Below are positions 9,501 to 16,272 of a stretch of DNA of 33,831 nt, one piece after another (position 1 is the stretch's first letter; each line of letters starts with the position of its first letter). Origin of the DNA: Propionibacterium sp. (lineage in GTDB: Bacteria; Actinomycetota; Actinomycetes; Propionibacteriales; Propionibacteriaceae). The DNA is taken from assembly GCA_012837465.1 (NCBI GenBank), contig DURG01000401.1:1-33831 (forward strand). Direction: 5' to 3'. The notes beneath the pieces are model-generated. The model was not told the origin of the DNA. It did no database searches and was given only the letters and a program-made list of their open reading frames with translations. Made by a program: the position numbers and the translations under genes.

Positions 9501-9747
9501 GCGCATCGACGCCGTCTACGCCTGGCAGCAGGACGGGCTCGACTTCCTTGTGGTGGACTGGAAGACGTCCAATCAGGCTGCGGATCCACTGCAGCTGGCG
9601 GTCTACCGTCAGGCCTGGGCCGAGGCCCGCGATGTGGATCCGGCGCGCGTTGGCGCGGCGTTCTACCATGTGCCCACTGATCGATTGCGGTTCGTCGACG
9701 CCCCGGTGCGGCTCATCGACGAGGCACTGGAGGTGGACGAGGCATGA
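6574..9747 (+). CDS. adnB: AdnB-like helicase-nuclease subunit (active motor)
   Basis: AGAGSGKT, LTFTRKAA, LLDEYQD, VGDPYQAIYGWRGA, MTVHRAKGLEW, RLAYVAATRA, and nuclease GRIDAV..VVDWKT..QLAVY. Start ATG 6574 overlaps the adnA stop. Confidence 0.92.
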   Translation: MTLHPIRKQLFTSPDQLSDALKIPFSDEQIECITAPLEPAVIIAGAGSGKTTVMAARVVWLVGTGQVKPEEVLGLTFTRKAAAELATRVSDALANAGVLTGRDGEGAELVMTYDSFAARLVSEFGLRIGIDRDPVMITGASRFRLATRVVADAPGPFHSISRLSHHSIPERVLTLDAEMASHLVTSDEVLEHAGFAERRFLEAPLYRGNVMRDVARALDATAERRELVGLVNRYQELKRKLGVVEFADQLREAVRLVTHVPEVGRELRRRFKVVLLDEYQDTSSAQAELLRTLFTGPVDSDAMGFPVTAVGDPYQAIYGWRGAAAGNILEFPHQFRRSDGAPAERQTLSINRRSGHRILEVGNRLAAGLHAAPGEEGVSLVAPDDAKPGAVAAAMFDTFRDEVDWLAEAVITHHEAGTAWKDQAVLVRRNAALAPIFEALRERDVPVEIVGLGGLLGLPEVAPVVATLRVLDDVTANPEVAALLTGPRWNFGLADMEALGARARQLASESRIEPPDSDDLVRAVTQADPGEVVSLLDAVADPGAAVLSAEARRRLARFHAEITALRRHVAEPVADLVTRVIGTLGLEAELIATGKDTSQVSRFVAEVASYVDVDGDGSLTGLIAYLDAESEHGEGLMQATPSEDDSVKLMTVHRAKGLEWHTVFLPSLVDKVFPSESRSGVWPQRADTLPAPLRGDAGSIPQLGEYTKKGIEAYRAALRDDHRLSEDRLAYVAATRAKALLLASAHTWTPENIRPRAESPYFAVIRELCEAAGTYLDASTRGIESNPIPAEPVRAAWPVELDAAALAQRAAAADLIEQARDVVANTPAEQERWAWQSGVVADEDAARVGQWDESIQHLTELAQRRGGRTVELPDGLSATALMALQADQDAFAAGLLRRMPRRPSSAARVGSRFHEWLQERFLLPAALEELEPQAAPASEELTKLIDAFERGRFAQRTPLGVEVPFLMRRGPHVLRGRIDAVYAWQQDGLDFLVVDWKTSNQAADPLQLAVYRQAWAEARDVDPARVGAAFYHVPTDRLRFVDAPVRLIDEALEVDEA

Positions 9748-10574
9748 CGCGTTGGGAGGATCCCTCTGCGCTCAACCGGATGCCGACCGGACGCGCCGAT
9801 GACGCCCTCGCGGCGCTCTGGCACAAGGCGATCGTCGTCGAGGTGGACGCCGACGGCGCCATCGCGTCGACGAGTGGCCGCCCCAGGCCCCTGGCCTCGC
9901 CCGGCGAGCGGCAGCCGTCGGACATCCTGCTCGGCACCGTCGACGGCGTGGCGTGGTTCGCCCGCACCGTCGACACGGTGGCCGGGGAGGCGATGAGTTG
10001 GCGCGACACCGATCCCGACGCGCTCGATCCGCTGGCCGCGGGGGTGGCGCTGGCGCGGTGGCACGGCGGTCAACCCCCCTGCGAGGTCTGCGGGTCCGCC
10101 ACCCGGCCGGATCTGGCCGGCGCGCGCCGCATCTGCCTGGGCTGCGGGCAACTGCAGTTCCCGCGCATCGATCCGTGCGTGATCGTTGCCATCACGGACC
10201 CGGACGACAGGTTGCTGCTCGCGCGCCAGGCACAGTGGGCGCCCAAGCGTGTCTCGGTCATCGCCGGGTTCATCGAGGCGGGGGAGTCGGCCGAGCAGGC
10301 CGTCCACCGCGAGACGTTCGAGGAGGTGGGGGTGCGGCTGTCGTCCCTGACCTACGTCAGTTCACAGCCGTGGCCCATGCCGCGCTCCCTGATGCTGGGC
10401 TTCGAGGCCCGGTCCGTCAATGGTGAGATGACGGTCGACGGCGACGAGATCGTCGAGGGTGCTTACTACACCCGCTCCGATCTCGTCGCCGCCGTGGGTT
10501 CCGGTGAGGTGATCCTCCCCGCGGGAGCCTCGATTGCTCGAGCCCTCATCCAGCGCTGGCTCAGCCCTCGCTGA
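9744..10574 (+). CDS. nudC: NAD(+)/NADH diphosphatase (NAD-cap decapping Nudix hydrolase)
   Basis: Zn ribbon CEVCG..CLGC, FPRIDP, Nudix box GFIEAGESAEQAVHRETFEEVG and signature SQPWPMPRSLM. ATGA overlap with adnB. Confidence 0.95.
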   Translation: MTRWEDPSALNRMPTGRADDALAALWHKAIVVEVDADGAIASTSGRPRPLASPGERQPSDILLGTVDGVAWFARTVDTVAGEAMSWRDTDPDALDPLAAGVALARWHGGQPPCEVCGSATRPDLAGARRICLGCGQLQFPRIDPCVIVAITDPDDRLLLARQAQWAPKRVSVIAGFIEAGESAEQAVHRETFEEVGVRLSSLTYVSSQPWPMPRSLMLGFEARSVNGEMTVDGDEIVEGAYYTRSDLVAAVGSGEVILPAGASIARALIQRWLSPR

Positions 10575-10761
10575 GTTTGCTGGTTTCGTCCTGGATCCGG
10601 CTGGCCACCTCAACGAGCTTTTCCCGGTGAGCATTGGCGTGGTGGGCGCAGAACAGCAACTCACCGCCGGAACGGAGGAATACGCGCAGGTAGGCCTGAG
10701 CACCGCAGCGATCGCAGCGATCGACAGCGGTCAGGGTGGGATCCGTAGCAAGTTCGGTCAT
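10561..10761 (-). CDS. Small conserved actinobacterial Cys/His zinc-finger protein
   Basis: LTAVDRCDRCGAQAY...GGELLFCAHH..H. GGAGG lies 5 nt before ATG 10761 (alternative start 10764). Genes like this commonly sit divergent from actinobacterial parE. Confidence 0.85.
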   Translation of the reverse strand: MTELATDPTLTAVDRCDRCGAQAYLRVFLRSGGELLFCAHHANAHREKLVEVASRIQDETSKLSEG

Positions 10762-10799
10762 CATGGCCTCCTGTCCTTCATTCATACCATCTCCTGCTA

Positions 10800-10827
10800 C
10801 AACGTACCGGGCCTCTCATTTGTTCCC
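10800..10827 (-). promoter_or_regulatory. SigH/SigR-type ECF sigma promoter for the zinc-finger gene
   Basis: Minus strand reads GGGAAC-AAATGAGAGGCCCGGTA(17)-CGTTG, matching GGAAC-N17-CGTT. Confidence 0.75.
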
Positions 10828-10858
10828 GAGCGGCGCGCCAGCGTTTCGCAGGCGGGGT

Positions 10859-10880
10859 TGTCGGCGGTGCCGGGTAGCCT
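10859..10880 (+). promoter_or_regulatory. PafBC/RecA-NDp-type promoter, leaderless, for parE
   Basis: tTGTCGG-cggtgccggg(10)-TAGCCT, then 6 nt to GTG 10887. Exact match to TGTCGG-N10-TANNNT. Confidence 0.7.
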
Positions 10881-10886
10881 ATCGGC

Positions 10887-12962
10887 GTGCAGACCCCCAA
10901 GACCCAACCGCAGATGTCACGCGACTACGAGGCCAAGAACCTCCTCGTCCTCGAAGGCCTCGAGGCGGTGCGCAAGCGCCCCGCAATGTACATCGGCTCC
11001 ACGGACACCCGCGGTCTCATGCACTGCCTCTGGGAGATCATCGACAACTCCGTCGACGAGGCCCTCGCCGGCTATGGCGAACACATCGAGGTCAAACTCG
11101 CCGACGACGGCTCGGTCATCGTGCACGACCACGCCCGCGGCATCCCGGTCGACAAGGAACCCCGCACGGGCCTGAGCGGCGTCGAGGTCGTCTTCACCAA
11201 GCTCCACGCAGGCGGCAAGTTCGGCAACTCCTCCTACAACGCCACCGGTGGCCTGCACGGCGTCGGCGCCTCCGTCGTCAACGCCCTTGCCTCCCGCATG
11301 GACGTCCAGGTGGATCGCAACGGCTCCACCTGGGAGATGAGCTTCCGCCGCGGCGTGCCCGGCGTCTTCGACGGCGAGGGCCCCGAGGCGAAGTTCACCC
11401 CGCAGAGCGGGCTGCGCAAGCTCAAGCGGGTCGCCAAGGCCAAGACCGGCACCCGAGTGCGCTACTGGCCGGACCGCCAAATCTTTCTGGCGGATGCCGA
11501 ACTGTCCATCAAGCACCTGCACGACCGTGCGCGCCAGACCTCGTTCCTGGTGCCCGGCCTCAAGCTCGACGTGGTCGACGAGCGCGGCGACGAACCCTCG
11601 CACGAGACGTTCCTCCACGTCGGTGGCATCACCGAGTTCGCCGACTTCCTGGCCCCCGATGCCCAACTCACCGACATCATCCGCCTGCAGGGCAAGGACT
11701 CCTTCGTGGAGACCGTGCCCATGCTGGACGGCGACGGCGCGATGACGCCCACCGACGTCGAACGAGACCTCGACGTCGACATCGCCGTGCGCTGGGGTAC
11801 GGGCTACGACACGGTGATGAAGTCATTCGTCAACATCATCGCCACGCCCAAGGGCGGCACGCACGTCCAAGGCTTCGAACGCGGCCTCACCCGTGCGCTG
11901 GTCAAGTCCTACGAGGGCACCCGCGGCCTGCTGAAGGCCGGGGAGGAGGTCGTCCGCGACGACTGCCTCGAGGGCCTCACCGCCGTCGTCACCGTCCGGC
12001 TGGCCGAACCCCAGTTCGAAGGCCAGACCAAGGAGGTGCTGGGCACCCCACCCGTCAACCGCCTCGTCGCTCGGATCGTCGAACAGGAGATGGGCAAGTT
12101 CCTCAGCGCGCCCAAGACCCGTCAGATGGCGCGCACGCTGCAGGAGAAGGTCGTCTCCGCCGCCCGCACCCGAGTGCAGGCCCGCGCGCACCGCGAGACC
12201 CAGCGCCGCAAGAACGCGCTCGAATCCTCCACGCTGCCGCCCAAGCTGAAGGACTGTCGCTCCACGAGCGTGGACAGCACTGAGTTGTTCATCGTCGAGG
12301 GCGACTCCGCGCTGGGCACCGCCAACGTGGCCCGCAACTCCGAGTTCCAGGCGCTGCTGCCCATCCGCGGCAAGATCCTCAACGTGCAGAAGGCCTCCGT
12401 CGGTGACATGCTGAAGAACGCCGAGTGCGCCTCGATCATCCAGGTGGTGGGCGCCGGCTCCGGCCGCACGTTCGACGTGGACTCGGCCCGCTACGGCAAG
12501 GTGATCTTCATGGCGGACGCGGATTCCGACGGCGCTCACATCCGCTGCCTGCTGGCCACGCTGTTCTTCCGCTACATGCGCCCCCTCGTCGAGGCCGGCC
12601 GCGTCTATTCCGCGGTGCCGCCGCTGCACCGGTTCGAACTCATCAACCCCAAGCGCGGCTACGACAAGTACATCTACACGTATTCCGACGCCGAATACCA
12701 GCGCAAGTCCCTAGAACTGACCAAGAAGGGCCAGAAGTTCAAGGAGCCGCAGCGCTACAAGGGCCTGGGCGAGATGGACGCGGACCAGCTGGCCGAGACC
12801 ACGATGAGCCCGAAGCACCGGATGCTCCGCCGCCTGACGGTCGACGACGCCGAGGCTGCCGAGCGGGTCTTCGAGATGCTGATGGGCAACGAGGTCGCCC
12901 CGCGCAAGGAGTTCATCATCGAGGGCGCCTACGCACTGGAGGCGGACCGCATCGACGCCTGA
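10887..12962 (+). CDS. parE: DNA topoisomerase IV subunit B (GyrB paralog)
   Basis: LEGLEAVRKRPAMYIG, EIIDNSVDE, LHAGGKF, GGLHGVGASVVNALA, EGDSA, PIRGKILNV, DADSDG and RYKGLGEM. Not adjacent to gyrA, dnaA or recF. Confidence 0.9.
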   Translation: MQTPKTQPQMSRDYEAKNLLVLEGLEAVRKRPAMYIGSTDTRGLMHCLWEIIDNSVDEALAGYGEHIEVKLADDGSVIVHDHARGIPVDKEPRTGLSGVEVVFTKLHAGGKFGNSSYNATGGLHGVGASVVNALASRMDVQVDRNGSTWEMSFRRGVPGVFDGEGPEAKFTPQSGLRKLKRVAKAKTGTRVRYWPDRQIFLADAELSIKHLHDRARQTSFLVPGLKLDVVDERGDEPSHETFLHVGGITEFADFLAPDAQLTDIIRLQGKDSFVETVPMLDGDGAMTPTDVERDLDVDIAVRWGTGYDTVMKSFVNIIATPKGGTHVQGFERGLTRALVKSYEGTRGLLKAGEEVVRDDCLEGLTAVVTVRLAEPQFEGQTKEVLGTPPVNRLVARIVEQEMGKFLSAPKTRQMARTLQEKVVSAARTRVQARAHRETQRRKNALESSTLPPKLKDCRSTSVDSTELFIVEGDSALGTANVARNSEFQALLPIRGKILNVQKASVGDMLKNAECASIIQVVGAGSGRTFDVDSARYGKVIFMADADSDGAHIRCLLATLFFRYMRPLVEAGRVYSAVPPLHRFELINPKRGYDKYIYTYSDAEYQRKSLELTKKGQKFKEPQRYKGLGEMDADQLAETTMSPKHRMLRRLTVDDAEAAERVFEMLMGNEVAPRKEFIIEGAYALEADRIDA

Positions 12963-12966
12963 CAAG

Positions 12967-13027
12967 GGTCCCTGAGCGTGTCGCGTCCGACGAAGGAGGG
13001 CCGCGACACGTCGAAGGGCCCCCACAG
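12967..13027 (+). repeat. REP-like palindromic unit, left arm of an inverted pair
   Basis: ggtccctgagc-gtgtcgcg..cgcgacac-gtcgaagggcccccacag is itself a nested hairpin, and is a near reverse complement of 13256-13317. Confidence 0.85.
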
Positions 13028-13036
13028 TGTGAAGGA

Positions 13037-13142
13037 GTGGCCGGGAGCAGGCGGATGGATGTTCGGGCAGGTGCCAAGTCGCGCCGGCGTCGACGCTCCC
13101 CGACAAGTCCGGAGGGAAGCGGCCCAGCCTGCTCCCGGACAC
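13037..13142. repeat. Internal inverted repeat (16-bp stem, 1 mismatch, 74-nt interior)
   Basis: gtggccgggagcaggc (13037-13052) pairs with gcctgctcccggacac (13127-13142). Confidence 0.85.
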
Positions 13143-13255
13143 GACGGCAACAACGCAGACCAAGGTTTCGGCAACAACCACAACGCAGCGAAGGCTGTCG
13201 ACAAAGGCCCCCATCAGACACTGCGGAAACAGGCTGAGACCAGGCCCAAAACAAG

Positions 13256-13317
13256 CTGCGGGGGCCCTTCGACGTGTCACGATCCTCGCAAGCTCGGACG
13301 CAACACGCTCAGGGACC
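13256..13317 (-). repeat. REP-like palindromic unit, right arm of an inverted pair
   Basis: Reverse complement ggtccctgagcgtgttgcgtccgagcttgcgaggatcgtgacacgtcgaagggcccccgcag aligns end to end with the left arm; differences cluster in the central loop. Confidence 0.85.
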
Positions 13318-13347
13318 GGCTGTCGTCAAGGCCATGGACAACCTGCG

Positions 13348-13382
13348 GCGGCCCTCATTCCTCGGACGCGGCCGGCTCAACC
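13348..13382 (-). repeat. Third, degenerate REP-like copy
   Basis: Reverse complement ggttgagccggc-cgcgtccgaggaatgagggccgc matches the left-arm core cgcgtccgacgaaggagggccgc at 21/23 positions. Confidence 0.7.
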
Positions 13383-13386
13383 AACA

Positions 13387-14040
13387 TCAGTCGGCGACGA
13401 GGACGACGGAGAGGTGGCGCGGGCCGTGGACGCCCTCGACGCGGCTCAACTCGATGTCGCTCGTCGCGGAACCGCCGCTCAGCCAGGTGACGGGGCGACG
13501 CTCGCGGAGGCCCGGGGCGAGGCGGGCGATGCCTTCGGGCACGTCGCTGACCACCTGGTACTCGTGCACGACGCAGATGTGACGGTCCGGCAGTAGCGTC
13601 AGGGCGCGGCGGCCCTGGCCCTCACCGTGGTCGAGGGCGATCGTCCCCGAATCCGCCATGCCGACCGCCGCCGTCGTCACCACCGCGTCGATGGCGTTCA
13701 GCTCGGCGTGCGTCAACTGCGGGTCGTCGGAATGCAGCGTGAAGCCGGCCTCGCTCAGCGCCGTGACCCACGGCTCGGGGAAGCCCGCGGGCACGACGAT
13801 GCTCTTGGTGTCCAGCGCCTGCAGGGCCTCGACGATCGTATCCGCCGCCCGGTCAGGGGCGCAGCGGCGCACGGCCGCCTTGTAGTCCTCGACCTTCTCG
13901 ACGAAGTCTGCGATCACGTCCTCGGTGCCCAACGGGCGGCCGTAGGCCCAGTCGACGGGCACGTCGACCACCGGATCGGGCTCGGTGACATCCTTGGTGG
14001 CCCGGCGGATGCGGTGCAGCACCTCTTCGCGTGCGCTCAC
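13387..14040 (-). CDS. lutC: Lactate utilisation protein C (LUD domain)
   Basis: VSAREEVLHRIR...ADSGTIAL...GRRALTLLPDRHIC...SGGSATSDIELSRVEGVHGPR. GTG start overlaps the lutB stop (GTGA) and has a GGAGG RBS. Confidence 0.92.
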   Translation of the reverse strand: MSAREEVLHRIRRATKDVTEPDPVVDVPVDWAYGRPLGTEDVIADFVEKVEDYKAAVRRCAPDRAADTIVEALQALDTKSIVVPAGFPEPWVTALSEAGFTLHSDDPQLTHAELNAIDAVVTTAAVGMADSGTIALDHGEGQGRRALTLLPDRHICVVHEYQVVSDVPEGIARLAPGLRERRPVTWLSGGSATSDIELSRVEGVHGPRHLSVVLVAD

Positions 14041-15506
14041 TTCGCGCCTCCTTCGTGTTCGTCCTTCCACCACTGGCGGAAGGTCTGCGTGGGTGGGGCC
14101 TCGACGTCGCGGGCCTGCAGCCAGCGTGAGGCCAGGGGGATGGGCATGGGGCCGAGTGACTTGCCGCGGAGGACCCGGCCGGCGAATCGCGTCCCGAGTT
14201 GGACCGACGCCAGGTTGCGGCCGTCCTTCATGACCCAGCCGGCGCCCTTCATCAGGAGTTGTTCGCCGGTGGGGTGCTTCGCCGTCTTGTGCTCGACGGC
14301 TTTGTGGCGCAGGTGCACCAGGATGTCGGTGAACGGGATCCGCACGGGGCAGACATCGTTGCAGGCGCCGCACAGCGTCGACGCGAACGGCAGCGCACGG
14401 GTGTTCGCGTCCCCCATGCCGCGCAACTGCGGGCCGAGGATGGCGCCGATGGGGCCTGGGTACGGCGACCCGTAGGCGTGCCCGCCCACCCGCTCGTACA
14501 CGGGGCAGATGTTGAGGCAGGCGGAGCAGCGGATGCAGCGCAGCGCCGCGCGCCCGTCGGGATCGGCGAGAACGTTGGTGCGGCCATTGTCGAGCAGCAC
14601 CACGTGGAGGTCCTGCGGCCCGTCGCCCGGCGTCACGCCCGTCCACATCGAGGTGTACGGGTTCATGCGCTCGCCAGTGGAGGAGCGGGGCAGCAGCTTG
14701 AGGAACACCTCGAGGTCCTCCAAGGTCGGCAGCACCTTCTCGATGCCGACGACGGAGACCAGCGTCTCGGGGAGGGTCAGGCACATGCGGCCGTTGCCCT
14801 CGGATTCGACGATGACCAGCGTGCCGGTGTCGGCGACGATGAAGTTGCCGCCGGAGACTGCCATCTTCGAGCGCAGGAACTTCTCGCGCAGGTGCAGGCG
14901 GGCGGCCTCGGCGAGTTCTGACGGTTCGTCGGAGATCGGCTCGGGTGCCGGGCGACCGTAGCGGCCCATCTCCTCCTTGAAGATCTCGCGCACCTCCGAG
15001 CGGTTGCGGTGGATCGCGGGCACCAGGATGTGGCTCGGCAGATCATGGCCCAGCTGGACGATGAGTTCGGCGAGGTCGGTCTCCCACGCGGCGATGCCCT
15101 CGGCTTCGAGGTACTCGTTGAGGTCGATCTCCTGGGTCACCATCGACTTGATCTTGACCACCTCGTCGACGCCCTTCGCCTTGGCGATGTCCGCGACGAT
15201 GCGGTTGGCATCGGCCGCGTCGCGGGCCCAGTGCACGGTGACGCCGGCCGCGGTCATGGCCTCCTCGGCCTGCAGGAGGTACTGCTCGAGGTGGCGGGCC
15301 ACCCGGTCCTTGATCTGGGCGGCTGCGGTGCGCAGTTCCTCCCATTCGGGCACCTCGGAGGCTCGCACGACGCGCTTGGCGCGGATGGTCGTCGTCGCGT
15401 GGGTGAGGTTCTTGCGTTGCTCGGCGTCCTGCAGGCTGGCCTTCGCTGCCCGTGGGAACTCGGGGATGCCGAGCCACGAACCGGGCTCAGGGGTGCGGCG
15501 GTTCAT
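14037..15506 (-). CDS. lutB: L-lactate oxidation Fe-S protein LutB/LldF
   Basis: KIKSMVTQEI, ETDLAELIVQL, PSHILVPAIH, ESEGNGR, CIRCSACLNICPVY and STLCGACNDVCPVRIP. ATG 15506 overlaps the lutA stop. Confidence 0.95.
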   Translation of the reverse strand: MNRRTPEPGSWLGIPEFPRAAKASLQDAEQRKNLTHATTTIRAKRVVRASEVPEWEELRTAAAQIKDRVARHLEQYLLQAEEAMTAAGVTVHWARDAADANRIVADIAKAKGVDEVVKIKSMVTQEIDLNEYLEAEGIAAWETDLAELIVQLGHDLPSHILVPAIHRNRSEVREIFKEEMGRYGRPAPEPISDEPSELAEAARLHLREKFLRSKMAVSGGNFIVADTGTLVIVESEGNGRMCLTLPETLVSVVGIEKVLPTLEDLEVFLKLLPRSSTGERMNPYTSMWTGVTPGDGPQDLHVVLLDNGRTNVLADPDGRAALRCIRCSACLNICPVYERVGGHAYGSPYPGPIGAILGPQLRGMGDANTRALPFASTLCGACNDVCPVRIPFTDILVHLRHKAVEHKTAKHPTGEQLLMKGAGWVMKDGRNLASVQLGTRFAGRVLRGKSLGPMPIPLASRWLQARDVEAPPTQTFRQWWKDEHEGGAK

Positions 15507-16255
15507 CGTGCGTCCTCCTCGGTGGCGGCCAGGATCTCGGCCAGGTGGATGGTCTTGACGCCGGAACGGCCGCGGTGCAGCACGCCTCCGATGTTCATCA
15601 AGCAGGCATGGTCGCCGGCGACGAGGTACTCGGCACCGGTGGTGCGGACATGGCGGGCCTTGTCGGAGGCCATCGCGATCGAGACGTCGGGGTTCTTCAC
15701 GGAGAAGGTGCCCCCGAAGCCGCAGCACTCCTCGGCCTTCGGCAGATCGATCAGGTCGATGCCGCGCACCTCCCTCAACAGGCGCAGGGGCCGGTCACCC
15801 ACCTTGGCGATGCGCACCGAGTGGCAGGGGGGGTGGTAGGTGACGCGGTGGGGGAAGTAGGCGCCCACGTCGGTGACGCCGAGCACATCGACGAGGAACT
15901 CGCTCAGCTCGTAGGTGCGGGACGCGGCCGCCGTTGCGTCCCGCTCCAAGCCCGCGTCGCCGGCGTGGCGAGCCAGCATGGGGTGCTGCTCCCGCACCGA
16001 GCCGACACAGGAACCCGAGGGGGCGACGATGTAGTCGTAGTCCTCGAACGAACGCACGTAGTTGCGCACGGTGGGAACCGCCTCGTCCCAGTAGCCGGTG
16101 TTGGTCATGATCTGGCCGCAGCAGGTCTGGCGTTCCGGGTAGGAGACGCGGCAGCCGAGGCGCTCCAGGAGCTTGACGGTGGCGATGGGCACAGACGGCT
16201 TCATCGTGTCGGTGATGCACGTGGCGAACAACGCGACGTGGGGGCTGGCATTCAT
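15503..16255 (-). CDS. lutA: L-lactate dehydrogenase complex CCG-domain Fe-S protein LutA/LldE
   Basis: VALFATCITD, QTCCGQ, PSGSC, TYHPPCH, ECCGFGGTFSVKN and ACLMNIGG. AAAGG RBS before ATG 16255. Confidence 0.93.
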   Translation of the reverse strand: MNASPHVALFATCITDTMKPSVPIATVKLLERLGCRVSYPERQTCCGQIMTNTGYWDEAVPTVRNYVRSFEDYDYIVAPSGSCVGSVREQHPMLARHAGDAGLERDATAAASRTYELSEFLVDVLGVTDVGAYFPHRVTYHPPCHSVRIAKVGDRPLRLLREVRGIDLIDLPKAEECCGFGGTFSVKNPDVSIAMASDKARHVRTTGAEYLVAGDHACLMNIGGVLHRGRSGVKTIHLAEILAATEEDAR

Positions 16256-16272
16256 GGCAGTGGCCTTTCGGT

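Noticed and set aside
2472-10574. Anti-phage defence island interpretation (helicase-nucleases, Prim-Pol, Nudix, PP2C)
   Set aside because: adnA-adnB-nudC is a conserved housekeeping block in Actinobacteria, and no mobility genes or compositional anomaly are visible.
13080-13104. TGTCGG on the minus strand inside the element, as a possible PafBC site
   Set aside because: No TANNNT follows at the 10-nt spacing.
12967-13382. CRISPR array interpretation of the repeats
   Set aside because: The repeats are inverted, irregularly spaced and only three in number, and there are no cas genes.
12978-13490. 170-aa ORF across the repeat element (also 12711-13280 and 12929-13204)
   Set aside because: They translate through repeats and have no RBS or transposase/nuclease motifs; the two longer ones also overlap lutC or parE.
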